Positions 37,861-53,846 are shown, counted from the stretch's first letter. The stretch: 64,000 bases of DNA from Eledone cirrhosa (GCA_964016885.1 OZ024743.1:117986001-118050000), one strand, 5' to 3'. The notes: a model not told the origin generated them from the sequence alone. Made by a program: numbers and translations.

Positions 37861-39760
37861 TTGTTATTATGTTAAAAAATATATTGTAAGAGTTCTTCAA
37901 CTTAAATATGAGATGAGGACTTGCTTGAATGCATAATGTCAAGATAGTCTTTCATTTTTGAAGACTTCATTGCATCTCTTATGAATTATTTTACATAATA
38001 AACAATGTAACAAAAAAATAGGTGAGATATAAAGACAAAGAAGAAGAAAATTAGATAGAGAATGAAGAATGTAAGTATAAAAGATAGTGAGAAAGAAAGA
38101 ATGAGATTAGATATCTATTTTGAAGAACTGAGCGAAGACGTGGTTACTAGATATAGCAGTCAACTAGATATAGCAGCTAAATCCCCCTAAATCATACCTA
38201 CTATCCTAATAAAAGTAAGGATAATATTACAAAATATTCTTCACGAAATAGTATACCATAAAATGATTTTGAATAGACAAGGCTTCAATCATGAAGAAAA
38301 CCATGACAGCAAAATAATACAAATTTACTGTTATTTCTAGTTAGATGAGTACTCATGTAGATGCTCTGATGATACCCCATCTTTATGCTGTTTAAACCTC
38401 GAGACGTGTTTTGATCTAAGCTTTCTAGATATGAACAACCCGCATTTGTGTTTCAGGCATAGCATATGATAGATTAATTAATGGCTCCTTCGTTGGCTCG
38501 TCTTATATGTAAAATGTGTTTGGAGCTGTTATATTTATCATTTGATGAGGTATACGTGTGAGCAAAAACATTCCGTCTATGATCACACTACTTTTTTTAC
38601 TTCTTCATATGCAGTATATAATACAGCAAGATCTAATGTGCTTTTCTTTTTTCTAAAGGTCATAGAAGAAACGGACATTTAGAGTTCGATAGATGTTGCT
38701 TCTCTGCATTTGTAATATGCACTGTACATCCCCTCATAGTGCATATGATAAATGCTATTTTGACGGTGCTGTTATTTTCTTGGCGCAATTTATATTTGTT
38801 TGCATATTAGTTGGGCATTACCAGGTTGTGTGAATCATAGTCTGATACCAGTCAGTTGTTTCGGTTTCTGTTATTGGTTTTGTTGTTGGTGGTGAAACCT
38901 ATCATATACGAAAATCCATCAGTGAGCAGCCAGTCTGTTTTGCATTTCACTGATTATGCCTACATTATGCAATGTGTATTTCCTGTTTTTTTAATATAGT
39001 ACGGGTTGATATTAGCGATATTTGTTTGCTATTTATAGGATGTTAGACAGAGGTTTCCTCTTGAAATATTTAAAATATCGGAAGATATAAAACAAAAAAA
39101 CAAATTGATAAAAAGCAATCCACTAGAAATAAATTATAAACTATTTATAGTAGAGATAATTGCTATAGGTGAATATTTATTATAGGGTTATAATATCATT
39201 TCATCAAAGACTTCAATCTTAAGTGTTTAAGAGGGGGTGGAGTAAACGGACAGAAGTTACTTAATTGTAATGAATAATGAGATTTATTTTCCTTGCTTTC
39301 AACACGATGATGACAACATCACCAGCAACATCGATCCCAACAAGGACAACTATGACAACGAATGCGACAATGATAACAACAACAACTAATCCCAACTGAA
39401 AACAAAGTAAAGAAACATTCGGAAGTATATTTTTACATTTCAAGATAGAATTACTTCTCGCGATCGAAAAAACAAACATTGGGGCCAGAGTTTATTTTAT
39501 CGCTAATAAATAAATTGTAGAAAAACAGTTAAAGTATGAGAAGTGTTTATTTAAAGATGAAGGGGAAAGAAAACAGTAATTAGGTGGGGTATGTGTGAAT
39601 TTATGATGAGTGTGCTAATACTAATGCGTATATATGTTGGCACGGTTGACTTTGTGTGGGCAAATAAGTGCGTACGTAGCACTAAACATGCTTCAAATAT
39701 TTACACACACAAATACACACACATACAAAATCAAACACACACACACACACATACACACAG

Positions 39761-39805
<45 letters not shown>

Positions 39806-40072
39806 AAAATATATATTTATATATATATATACATGTATGTGCGTGTGTGTGTGTATATGTATGTATTTATGTAATGGGAGTGTGTGAGTACATGCGTGCA
39901 CGCGTAATGCATCTACGTATATTTCGACACACAAACCACACCTACACACATACGCACGTTCGCCCTCCACCTCAACACACATACGCACTTGTAAACAAAA
40001 CCTCTCCATACAACGATATATATAATATATGTGGATATATATATGTAAATATATATATATATACACACACAC

Positions 40073-40154
<82 letters not shown>

Positions 40155-40442
40155 ATGTGTGTATATAAGAGACACTGGGAGGAAAGGGGAAAGAGATAAA
40201 GAGAAACTGAGATGTAAGGAATGTAACCTATAATAGAACCCGCATTTTCGTGTCAAACTTAATAAATATACTTCTGGGTATTAGAAAAAATATACCACAC
40301 GTCAGTCGAAAAAGTGATGCAAAATCAGAGTAATTAATCTTCCCAAAAGAATGTCATAACTTTCAGGTAAACGTATTAGTGAAGATGACGATGATGATTA
40401 TGATAATTATGATGAAGATGATGAAACAGATGAAAATAGTAA

Positions 40443-40632
40443 AAATTATTTCTAGTATAAGCACAAGGCCAGTAATTTGGAGGGAGGGGAAAGTCGACTA
40501 AATCGACCACAGTACGTAACTGGCGCTTTAATTTGTCGACCGCGCAAGGATGAAAGGCAACGTTAACCTCGGCGGGATTTGAATTCAAAAGATAAAGAGC
40601 CATGCCACTATGTTGAAATGCATGGTGTCTGA
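40443..40632 (-). mobile_element. tRNA-derived SINE, longer subfamily
   Basis: A/B boxes, extra gtcgatttagtcgac segment. Confidence 0.85.
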
Positions 40633-40699
40633 CGCTCTACCGATTCTGCCAATGAAACCAAGCCCCCCCAGTATGGAGTAGAGAAACATCTCAAAATGC

Positions 40700-40840
40700 A
40701 AATGCAGAATGGATAAATAACACGGAAAAAACGCAATGATTTAGAAAGCAAACTTGGCATGGAAGAACTGGAGTTAGCACTAAAGGAAGCAAACAAATGG
40801 AAATCTCTGAGAATTGATAAAGTGCCAAACTTCTGATTAT
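40700..40840 (+). pseudogene. Short non-LTR RT domain-0 relic (R4/Dong-like)
   Basis: EELELALKEANKWKSLRIDKVPNF* resembles the WKSPG.D.I.NFW motif. Confidence 0.4.
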
Positions 40841-41978
40841 GTTGATGGTGATTTTCATATTATATTTACATCTATTAAAACCTCACTACGCTTATTTATT
40901 CTGTGGCCGTACGATCATCTTTATAAAATCCACAATTTTTATTCAAGTTTTTGGTGTTTCATAATATTACCAAATAGTCCATTCCATTAGAGATTCCTGG
41001 AATATTTTTTCGACCCAGTAAGTGTTCGTAAATTAGAACAATGTGTTGTCTTTTATATTGATATTGATATCAGTATAGCAGATAGTTACAAAATTACTGA
41101 TCCTTCAGAAAAAGAGACTTGGATATACATGTGTTGTATGGTACTACGGTGAATTGGTAAATTTCTGCAATGTTCTTCCATATTATGAAACCAATTGATT
41201 ACTGCAGCCTTGTTAATTTACTGATAGTTACCTTTTACTGATAGTTGCCTTTTTAATATTAAGATTAGTATTGAGTCCAAAACTTTTCCCTCGTGTATGA
41301 ATTTCACATGATTTGGAACTTGCTACATTTATAATAGCCTTAATAGTATGCGTTCTCTCCATTACATGAACTCATGTTAGCATAGAGATATACATTGATT
41401 ATCCTCTTGTAAATATGCTTGTACCTGTAAATAACACTGAGAATACCTATTCTCTGTATGTGAGGTGGCAATACACCACATAATCTTTTATACATAACAT
41501 GGTTATTAATATATCATTGTTATGGGATACAAATTTTAAGAGTTCCAATGAGTCAACCTTCTTCGTTACGTCTACCTAATAAGGATATTAACAGTGAGAG
41601 CTACGCCATCTTCTAATCCTATATTTAGCTGAAAACATTATTTCATGTGTGATGCGATTTTCACAACCACCGGTAATGGAAAAATGTAAGAGATCAAGGC
41701 TTATATTGTCGTTCTCTCTCAATCACTTCGCTGATGAAAGAAAATGCGGATGTCGTTATTAGCTTTGTGGCAAATAGCCATAACTGATTCAACTTCTGTT
41801 TCAAGAAAATTTAATACATTTAGTCCGAGCTGTAATATATTTATCCCTGGACTCAATCCGGCACAATATTTCAAAGATTTTCTCTCTCTCCATTACATAA
41901 ATTGATATTTGTATTCAGGTATATTGTAAATATCATTGTATTGATTCCCGTCTATCTATCTATATATCTATCTATCTA

Positions 41979-42026
<48 letters not shown>

Positions 42027-42292
42027 TGTGTGTGTGTGTGTGTATGTGTGTGGTTGTGTTTGTGTGTGTGTGTGTGTTTGTATGTGTGTGTCTGTGAGTG
42101 TGAGTGTGTGAGTGTGCGTGTGTGTGTTAGTGTGCATGTAGATTTCTTTCCTTTTCTTTTGTTTCAGTCTCACGAGACTTTCCTGCTATAAAAAAGTCCA
42201 ATACCCATTTCCAGACATCACAGGTGACGGGGCCTGACTTTTTTCTTTTTCGACATCACGTCAGAAATGTCGGCTATGCGCAAAGACACAAA

Positions 42293-42367
<75 letters not shown>

Positions 42368-42680
42368 AGGAGTTGAGTTGACGCACCCACCATATTTATC
42401 AATGCCAGGACCGGTTGTATCTCAGTGTACTCAATAGGTAATGTAGGATACATTCCCAGAGTATACACAGTTATTCGCTTCAATACAACACACGTAAAAC
42501 GGGTGCCTATAATAGTTCCCGGACTCGAGTTTCGACCACACTTAATGCAGCAGTAAGGTGCGCCGCACCCTCTGTCTGCATATATTATCCAACAATGAAT
42601 AATCAGCGAATAAGGCTTCATCACCGTGTATCGCCTGATCAATAACCAATCGATCCACAGAATCCAAACCCCAGCCCATG

Positions 42681-42717
<37 letters not shown>

Positions 42718-42942
42718 ATATTAATAAATGGAAACTATATTTATAAAACCATATTTATATATATATATCAGAATGGAGGCGGTAAAAATCAGTTAGACCA
42801 TTACTCAACATAGTACTCGATACTTGGAGCAGTAGAGTGGGTAATATGAAAAATTCATGACCCGACGGATGAGTTCCGGTCTCACTGTTGAAACGGCCGG
42901 GGCTCAGCCGTCGGGATCCTGAAGTTTTCACTCACACACACA

Positions 42943-43038
<96 letters not shown>

Positions 43039-43039
43039 C

Positions 43040-43236
43040 ATAGGAACAAGTATGACCCCGACGGCAGAGCTCAAGATGTTTCGACGGCTAATTCTGGAGT
43101 CCAGAATTAGCCGTCGAAACGTCTTGAGCTCTGCGGTTGGGGCCATACTTGTTCCTATTACCCACTCTACTACCCTAATTATTGAGTACTTTGGTGCGTT
43201 ATGGTCCATCTGGTTCCTTACCACATTTTCTTCGTT
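43040..43236. repeat. Hairpin repeat family F: 119-bp near-perfect palindrome (43040-43158) plus tail; diverged copy at 42770-42920
   Basis: ataggaacaagtatgacccc..ctgga g tccag..ggggccatacttgttcctat. Confidence 0.9.
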
Positions 43237-43258
43237 ATGTATACATATATATATACAT

Positions 43259-43388
<130 letters not shown>

Positions 43389-43563
43389 GATATGTTAACA
43401 AATGGAAACTATATTTATAAAACCATATTTATTTCATATAAATAAATAAAGTTTCCATCTGTTAATATATCGTATTTTTACTCCAATAATTTGTTGAGTG
43501 CCTTATATCAGTTATAAAAATATTTGATTGTTGTATCCCAACAATTTAAATAGAACTTCTACA

Positions 43564-43647
<84 letters not shown>

Positions 43648-44193
43648 CTATTTCATGAGTGGTAGTAATTATATTGTATAAATGTGTATAAGATCATTTG
43701 TACAATATAGGCATAATTGACAATTACCACCTAACCCCCGATAAAAGAACTTCTTCCTGTCTGTGTAATTTACATAATGTTTAAGAGGGTTTCAGAAAGA
43801 AATATGCAGAAATCTCTTTCCACATATACATTTTGTACGCTTACACACATAAAGAAGCATACAACAGCAGTCATAATTATAACTACAACGGTGTCAACAG
43901 TATAGAATAATTTACCGATTGGTTGAACTTTCTAGATTTTTAGATACTACCATTTCCATCAATTATGTTTTAGTTTTATTAAACAAAATTAATTATAAAC
44001 GGAAATGCAAAGTGGGAGGAAACAACAAAATATTTTTATCGTCATTATTATCATCATCATCACCAACGAAATCCCAACACCACTATCAATACCATTAATA
44101 GCCCAACATCACACCCATCACCATCAATACCACTAACAGCAAAAACTTCAACTCAGGCAGTTATAATTGTTATGGTAGTATAGTAATATTGAT

Positions 44194-44241
<48 letters not shown>

Positions 44242-44257
44242 TTAAAAACAACAATGA

Positions 44258-44700
44258 TAAAGATTTCTGAATTAGGCACAAGGCTAACAACTTTAAGGGG
44301 CGGGTTAAATCGATTAAATTGACCTCAGTACATTACTGGTACTTTATTTTATCATCCCCGAAAGGATGAACATCAAAGCTAATTTCGGCGGGATTTGAAC
44401 TCAGAACGTAAAGGGCCTTAACCGTATGCCGTAAAGCAGGTTGTCCGAGGCTCTGTCGACAATGCCAATCTAAAATGACGTTAACAAAAATAATAAAGGT
44501 TTCTGATTTAGGTACAATGCCAGCAATTTTGGGGGAAATGGTAAGTCGATTAAATTGACACCAGTGTATTACTGGTACTTTATTTTATCGACCCCGTAAG
44601 GATGAAAGGCAAAGCTAACGTCAGCGAGATTTGAACGCAGAACGTAAACGGCCGTAACTCTCTGCTACAAAGCATGTTGTCTGGCGCTTAACCGAAATGC
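44258..44700 (-). mobile_element. Two adjacent older SINE copies (longer subfamily)
   Basis: Two B-box/central-domain matches at about 44258-44471 and 44495-44700. Confidence 0.85.
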
Positions 44701-44796
44701 TGTGACAGCTTTTATAGGACAAATCAAAGGTAAACTATACTCAATTGCAAACGAATGAAAACGCTTTCTCTCTCTCTCCCTCTCTCTCTCTCTCTT

Positions 44797-44848
<52 letters not shown>

Positions 44849-46818
44849 TCTCTCTCTCTCTATCTCTCTCTTTCTCTCTCTCTTACTTTCTTTCTCTCTC
44901 ACTCACTCTCTTGTACACACATTCTGAATATCCTCTTTTTCCAGCGTGACAGATGTTTTACCTGACGTGTACTACTATTTATATGTAATAATGTATGAAT
45001 CAGATTTCTAAAATACTTCTACCATAGAAGAAAAGATGACATGGGAAAATTGAGGTTCAATCAATAGTTTAAGAAATAGTTATTAATGTTCAGTGCTAAT
45101 TAACATCCTTAATGCAGCGAGTTAAAAATTAACGTTTATTAAACTAAAATTTCACCCACAATTTGAAGAATGACAATTCTCGCCAAGAAAAGCCCGCTAG
45201 AGTACTCTTAAATTCTTTTAGATCACCACACTATGTATATGAACCCATATTTTTAAAATATAATCCTTATGGAGTAGGCACTCATGGGATATTTTCCAGT
45301 GTCTCTACTTTAAATTGACTAATCGGTGAATAATCCACATAGAAAAATACATCCTCTTAACTCATTCTAAGATCTGGTAATTTTGTTTGTAATTGTATTT
45401 TGCTGATGAAGTTTAATAAGATCGAAAAACTGTCCAGACAAAAGCTGCACCCCACCATATGTCTCCACTTACTGAACTTTGATTTCGGATATATTTCATT
45501 TGTCAATTTTTATAAGAATATTCATTCCTCACTACAGATATTCAGTGCATTAAGTCTATTACTACATGTTCTTTATGCAGTAGTTATTTTCCTCGAGTAC
45601 TACATTGTCAACACACAAAACTGTTACACCCGCAGCATTAAAATCCTCAGAAGAAATCCGATTCACAGCGGCAAAACAGCGGCAAAAACAAATGCACAAA
45701 TGTCACATAAGAATTACTCTACAGACATAACTTCATATGTCCAATCTTTCAGTGAACTGGATACGGCACATACATTTCTTCTTATTGGTTTAAAAAAATT
45801 AACTCTAACCTGGATCAAGACATCTAAACTGAATGGGGCAACACAAGTAATACAGAACTACTTATATTCAAAAGCTATATTTACACTTCCTACAATATGC
45901 AAAACGACACCAGTGTGTGTAGTTTCTGAAACATTGCACTTTAATATATCATAGTCCACTGCAAGAGTTGCAACAATACAAATTTCGAGACAAAATAACG
46001 TCATAAAGCTACTCTAAATATGTCTAACCACGAGATTTACGTTACTTCATAAAAACACTCTGCGGAATTTAAATGAACCGCCACATGACAAAGTAAAAAT
46101 ACTACCAGATGGCACATAATAGGTTTGGCATCATTTGTCAGGAGAAAAAAAGCACATTTCAGCAGTATACTAACAACATAGGAATAATAAATTGCTATAT
46201 ATACACTAAGCAGAAACGAGCTGAAATTAGTTATACCGACGTAGCTGTTGAACTAAAATCTTTATGGGAATTATAGAATTTGTCAATTACATCATTTGTA
46301 ATTGATACAATTGGAATGATGCACAACCACTGCTCTAAAGACATTCACAGATTAACTATACGGATAGTTAGGGCACGCTCCAGAAAATAGCAATATTAAT
46401 ATATGTATATATTATATCATTTGGCATTCTCACACATCATCGTTATTCTTTAAATTTTTTATGAACGTTTTTCAAGATGTACCTAATTTGTTTAAAGAAA
46501 GCAAACATTTTATGCACTTCTGAAAGAAACAAGAACGGTGATAATAATTACAAAAATAATATTAATGATATTATTCATAAAGGCTAATGATGTTGTTGAT
46601 GGTGGGGATGATAAAGAAAGTAAATTGAAACAAAAATATTTAGCAGCAACTTACAAAAAGATATATAAACCATATAAAAAGAAATAACTATAGGACAACA
46701 AAAGAAGATAAAAAATGAAAATAATACATAAACAAATGATAGAATATGCTATTATTGTTACTAATAACATAGTTCCTGATGTGATGAGAAAAACAAGGAA
46801 AATTGTAGTTGTTGTTGT

Positions 46819-46878
<60 letters not shown>

Positions 46879-46896
46879 CACTACTACTACTACCAC

Positions 46897-46985
<89 letters not shown>
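46819..46985. repeat. (ACT)n microsatellite
   Basis: Direct inspection. Confidence 0.98.
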
Positions 46986-47380
46986 TAGCTGTTACTATTA
47001 TCATTGCTGTTTATGCTGTGGTTGTTGTCGTTCATTGTTGTTGTTTTTTTTCAGTTGAATCTTGCCGATTTTCTTTGCTTTTTGCTGTATGTTTACGTAT
47101 GTGATGAAAAATAGGTTTTGGCAGCAAGTTATTAACGAAAAGTGTTAACAGTATTAACAACAGAGAACACTGGCGTCATAACAAACAATGCACGGGACAA
47201 CAAATCTTAGCGTCAAAGATAGTTATCCTTGGTGAAACACTTCATTTGTTCTTGCTGGCTCCCAGAAATAACAAAACAAAGCAGCAATAAATTATGTCCA
47301 CAGGAAAACAAATCATTTAATATACAAATAGGTAAATAAATACAATTAGCACAGCTTTGTTTTCTCATTTGCTCTTCAAC

Positions 47381-47428
<48 letters not shown>

Positions 47429-47439
47429 CGCTTGCTTTC

Positions 47440-47498
<59 letters not shown>

Positions 47499-48037
47499 CG
47501 CATATATACACATACACAAATATATTCCTTATACAAACAACATATCATGAATGAGGAGAGAGATGGAAGCTTACAAACATATATACACACAGAGAAATGC
47601 ATACACACTCACAAACGCACACATACACACACACACAAACACACAAACACACACGCACGCACAAACACTCACCCATATGTGTGTGTGTGTGTATGTGTGT
47701 GTATGAGAGAGAGAGTGTGTGTGTGCGTGTGTGAGTGTGTGTGTGAGAGAGAGAGTCTGTGTGTGTGTGTATGTCTGTCTGTGTGTGTGAGAGAGAGAGA
47801 GAGAGTCTGTCTGTGTGTGTGTGTAGGTATGCATGTATGTATCAATATTCTGTTATCTGTTGTTTAGTCTCACATGTCGTCTACGGAATAATTCTATTTA
47901 CTTGTTTTCTATACTATTAATCTTGGTGTTGTTAGAATGGCTAACATACAAAGATACATGCATATATATATATATACGTAGGTACGTACAGAAATACGTA
48001 CTTAAATACATACATACAGACAGACAGACATATTTAT

Positions 48038-48097
<60 letters not shown>

Positions 48098-48352
48098 ATA
48101 TATACCTATATAAATTTATATATGTTGAAATTCTTTAATTTTAGATGAGAATGTCTTTATAAACGTCGAAGACAAAACAGTATCCAATACGTACCGGAAA
48201 TATCAGGAAACAGGCATTTGACTTCTGTTTGTACGCTTTTTGGATGGTGTAACTTGTCGAAAAGAAGGGATAATAATGATGATGCATAACACCAAAGTTT
48301 TACTCCTTATTCAAACAAATTGGCCAAGTGACTCACCAACTATATTCATTAA

Positions 48353-48408
<56 letters not shown>

Positions 48409-48419
48409 AATTAAGTTAA

Positions 48420-48459
<40 letters not shown>

Positions 48460-48604
48460 TGCGAAACCCGTAAAGGAAAAATAAATATATATATATTTTT
48501 AAAAATGAGACTCCAGTTGCTTTTTCGATTTCAACTTTTTTTCGTTATACTTTCACTCGTGTAGGACACCTCGGTTAATTTTCATTTTGAAAAAGAAACC
48601 TCAC

Positions 48605-48669
<65 letters not shown>

Positions 48670-48757
48670 TACTTTGGGAGGGTCATGTTGCCAATAAGAA
48701 TATCGGTTTCAACACACGATTTCAGATAAAGAATCTTGCTAAACAAATTCAGAAACG

Positions 48758-48810
<53 letters not shown>

Positions 48811-48852
48811 TTCAAAATATTAACAAATATAGACATTCGTGTAACCATGTAC

Positions 48853-48917
48853 ATTTTATTATACATATATCAGAGGTACTGAGCTATCTTCAACAGTACG
48901 TCCTCATCAGATAAAAT
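48853..48917 (-). ncRNA. Hammerhead motif (family E) with a core substitution (GATA for GAAA)
   Basis: Minus strand: attttat CTGATGA ggacgtactg..cagtacctct GATA T atgt A TA ataaaat; perfect 7-bp stem I. Confidence 0.6.
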
Positions 48918-49092
48918 AAGATGATGCTTGAGATACCTTGACTAAGTAGATGGTTAAAATTCAGTCATGGCAGTCATATTTGTTAATATTTTGAATTAAT
49001 ATTAATAACTCCGGAAAACGCATCTGTGGAGTGCTTCTAATCTATTGTAAAACTTTATTCATTGATTTATTCACTGAACCTTGTTTAACCTT

Positions 49093-49246
<154 letters not shown>

Positions 49247-49486
49247 TGTGTATATAGAGAGAGAGGGGGAGAAAGAGAAAAAAAAGAGAGAGAGAGGGAG
49301 GGGAGAGAACATGTAATAAATGTAAAAAAACTAAGTGTTTGACACCAAGCCCATATATGCTAGACATGAAGCAAGATGAATATGAAAACGTGTAAAGCTG
49401 AAAACTATTACACTACACCTTGCCACGATACTGATAACTATATGAAATTGAATAATAAAAGTACACACGCACACACACACGCACAG

Positions 49487-49546
<60 letters not shown>

Positions 49547-49595
49547 CTATATATATATATTTATATATATATATGCATAGATACATGTTCATATA

Positions 49596-49768
<173 letters not shown>

Positions 49769-50162
49769 AGGGTGTTGTGTTTGTCTTTTATATGCATGTT
49801 GATGTGTTTGTAGGAAAATATATAGGAAAAAACGCTAATTTTGCAGTTTATAAATGTTTTGACATTTGCCTAAGTACAAATCAACAGAAAATGAAAAAGA
49901 AAAGTAAGAAAAATACAAGAAAGAAGGGAAAATGTGGGGTAACATAAGAAAACAAGAAATTTTAAATAACGGATATAGTAACACAAATGATATATAGGCA
50001 TGTGTCAAGAGCGATAGGTTAAAAATGTATATAAACGCAAGTAGATACACATAAAGAAGGCAGGGAGTTACACACAAACAAACAGAATATACGGAACACT
50101 TACACACACACACACACACACACCCACACACACACACAGATAAATGAAGCTGATCTCTCTAT

Positions 50163-50207
<45 letters not shown>

Positions 50208-50266
50208 TCTCTCTCTGTATAAATATATATACAGAGAGAGATAGAATGACATATATATCTTTGCAT

Positions 50267-50312
<46 letters not shown>

Positions 50313-50697
50313 TTGCATATAGATATAGATAGATATATATAATTTATACACCTATATATAATTTATACACCTATGTGTTTGGGGGGGGGGGTGTATCAGT
50401 CAGATATATGAAATAACATGATTTGGTGATCTTCAATACCAAAAATGAATTCGATACGTTTCGAATATAAGTTATGTATATACATATTTTTTATGAACTC
50501 TAAACGCGTTTCACTTTTTATTAAACGGAGACATGAAATTGTAGATGAAATATAATTGTTTATATAGTAAATAGGAATATTCTTTTACTTCTTCATTACA
50601 TAAATGGTTACATTTTAACAGCAATTCCACATATTTGTTAAACTTCATTATAGAGCGAAAGGAGTTGTAACGCGTAATATAATTTTCTTTGCATAGA

Positions 50698-50887
50698 TAT
50701 AATTGTTTCTACGTTAGGCACAAGGCCAGCCATTATCCAATGCATTACTGGTACTTTATTTTATCGACCCCGTAAGGATGAAAGGCAAAGTCAACCTCGG
50801 CGGGATTTGAACTCAGATCGTAAAGGACGTAACTATGCTGGAAAGCATGGCGTCCGACCCTCTACCGATACTGCCAATCCACCGCCA
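50698..50887 (-). mobile_element. tRNA-derived SINE with TSD atagatataat
   Basis: Full-length family match; TSD at about 50693 and 50892. Confidence 0.92.
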
Positions 50888-51443
50888 TATAATAGATATA
50901 ATAACATGCATAGATATAATAACATCAATTCCTCCATCCACCCCTCCATATACCCCCCCCCTATACATACACACGCGCATGCATTTATGCTTACATACAT
51001 GCATACAAACACATATACATATATAAACACACTCAGTTTTCATAGAGGTAATGAAACTCAAATTTAGATTTAGGTCCTGTTTCTGGAAAGTTGCGAAAGT
51101 ATGTTAATAATCCCTCATTGCTTTTGAATACCTATTTGATGGCTTATAAAATGTACTATACTTTTCAAAAATATATTCGAGAAAAGTAACGTGTATCGTA
51201 TGAACATAAGATCAGAGTAGTGTTACTGGAAATAGGTGGTTTGTTTGCTGCTGTTCATTGTAAAATATCTGTTACCATCTCTCTTACAAAACTGGTCTCT
51301 AGAGTTATTAGCATTTTATCAAGAAGCAATATATATATGAATATAAAATAAAGAGTAACGTCAATCACTATGAAAATTATATGACAACACTGGAACATAT
51401 CAAACCTTACAACCTGTGACACTATTTCATTATTTTGAAACCT

Positions 51444-51825
51444 TGGCAGTATCGGTAGAGGGTCGGACGCCACGCTTTGACGCATAGAGTTACGGCCCTT
51501 GCCATTCTGAGTTCAAATCCCGCCGAGGTTAACTTTGCCTTTCATCCTTACGGGGTCGATGAAATAAAGTACCAGTAATGCATTGGGTAATTGCTGGCCT
51601 TGTGCCAAACGTAGAAACATTTATTTTGAAACCAGTGGCCGTTGATTGGCAGTATCAGTAGAGAGTCAGACGCCATGATTTCCAGTATAGTTACGTCCCT
51701 TTACGGTCTGAGTTCAAATCCCGCCGAGGGTAAATTTGCCTTTCATCCATACGGGGTCGATAAAATAAAGTACCAGTAATGTACTGAGTAATTGCTGGCC
51801 TAGTGCCAAAAGTAGAAACAATTAT
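51444..51825 (+). mobile_element. Two tandem SINE copies sharing a triplicated target sequence
   Basis: ttattttgaaacc at about 51430, 51621 and 51822. Confidence 0.9.
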
Positions 51826-52187
51826 TTTGAAACCAGTTATCATCGAGGTTAGATATATTCATAAATCTTTATCTTACATTTCAATATTTGTTTAATCTTT
51901 GAAACAAATATTCTATTTTCTATTGAATAGAAGGCAGACCTATAAATATTTACGTGAGGCACAACTTAATGGAGACGCAGATAAAACTATTGCCTACAAA
52001 ATCGTTTATATGTAGTAAAAGTAATTAGTATTTGTGAGTGAGATAATTTTCAGAAATAGAATGAAGAGAACATTTTTAATGTATTCCTCGTCCAAATGTT
52101 TCAGATGAAGCCGAACCCATTAAATCGTCCTCACGTCTCAAAGCCATTCAATACTTACATTTGTTTATTCTAATTTAAATGTTCCAT

Positions 52188-52380
52188 ATAATTGTTTCTA
52201 CTTTTGGCACAAAGCCTGCAAGTACCCCAGTGCATTATTGGTGCATTATGTTATCGACCCCAGTAAGTATGAAAGGCAATGTTAACCTCGGTGGGATTTG
52301 TATCCAGAACGTAAAGGGCCATAACTCTATACCGCAAGGATGGCGTCAGACCCTCTACCGATATTGCCAATCCACCACCC
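52188..52380 (-). mobile_element. tRNA-derived SINE
   Basis: Family match. Confidence 0.88.
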
Positions 52381-52737
52381 TTAACGTTCTATCTAATGAC
52401 GGCAAAAACGAATCAGTTTGTAAAATGGAAACAAACTTTAACATAAGCTGATAGTGACGAAATGTACGAATGTTAAGCGAAAGTAATATTTTAAATGTCT
52501 TCAAGATGCCCAAATTGCGGTGCATCCTATACATGTGTGCGCCTTATAAGCTGTCAAACCTTATAAACGGGTAATGATAGAGAATTGGCAGAGGCGTTGA
52601 AGAATCCTTGCGCTGTGCGTCTCAGTTCTTTGTGTTACGAGTTCCTAAGCGAGGTTAAATTTGCCTTTCATCTTTTCGGCATTAATCAATAAAGTAAATA
52701 TCGAGTACTTATGTCGATTCTTCTTTTCTCATCCTTC

Positions 52738-52778
<41 letters not shown>

Positions 52779-52996
52779 CTATTCTCACTCTTGCTCCTCT
52801 TCTCCCTCCCTTTTTCTGGATTGTACGTGCGATTCAAAGACATAGCTTTATCAATAGTGTGACGCTGATATACAAGTATACGTAAACTTTGCGAGTAGGT
52901 GGTTTGAGGGGTAGAGTAAGTGAATGTATATCGTCGAAATTAACGAAGCGCCCCTTTTATACGAAGCTTCGAGAAATAGAAAAATGTAGGTTCCTA

Positions 52997-53272
52997 GAAA
53001 TAATTGTTTCTACTTTAGGCAGAAGGCCAGCAATTACCCAGTGCATTACTGGTAAATGGTTTCTAGTATAGGCACAAGGCCAGTAATTTTGGGGCAAGGG
53101 ACAGTCGATTAAATCGACCCCAGAACGTTACTGGTGCTTTATTTTATCGATCCCGTAAGGATGAAAGTGAAAGTTAGCCTCGGCGGGATTTGAACTCAGA
53201 TCATAAAGGGATGTAACTCTAAGCTGCAAAGCATGGTGTCCGACTCTACCGATACTGCCAATCCACCGCCAT
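52997..53272 (-). mobile_element. SINE (longer subfamily) with an extra 3'-end fragment
   Basis: Family match; duplicated 3' end at 52997-53055. Confidence 0.85.
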
Positions 53273-53735
53273 TAGATTCCGAGAAATAATGCACCTCGTT
53301 AACAACCCTCTTGAAATATTCTCATACACAATGCTCATAGAATCTGTGAAATGCTTCAATCTATAAATAATCCGTAAGCATGTGTAATTGTCTCAGATAA
53401 AACGAAAACCTTTTCGTACAACCACAGAAATTAAAAGACATATGTTTTAAATCATTGAATTACTTTGCGTTTGGCAATATGTCGCTGTCGTTGTTGTCAT
53501 TGGTATCCCCATCAGTATCTTCCTTTTCATCCTCCTACTACAGATCCTCATTCCCCTTTTTGTCATCATTTTTCTGTTTATTTATCATTGTTGTTGTCGT
53601 CATCAATATCTTCAACTCTTTTTTCCCCCACCTTCTCGTCACATTTGTTTTTCTATGTGCTGCTCTTGTTGTTGTTGCTGTTGTTGTCGTTGTTGTGGTT
53701 GCTGCTGCTGTTGTTGTTGTTGTTGTTGTTGTTGT

Positions 53736-53846
53736 TCTTCTTCTTCTTCTTCTTCTTCTTCTTCTTCTTCTTCTTCTTCTTCTTCTTCTTCTTCTTCTTC
53801 TTCTTCTTCTTCTTCTTCTTCTTCTTCTTCTTCTTCTTCTTCTTCT
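53736..53846. repeat. (CTT)n microsatellite following (GTT)n
   Basis: Direct inspection. Confidence 0.98.

Noticed and set aside
45400-45954. 184-aa ORF in unique AT-rich sequence
   Set aside because: No recognisable domain and a non-ATG start; likely spurious. Small host exons in 40850-41900 or 45000-46500 cannot be excluded without RNA data.
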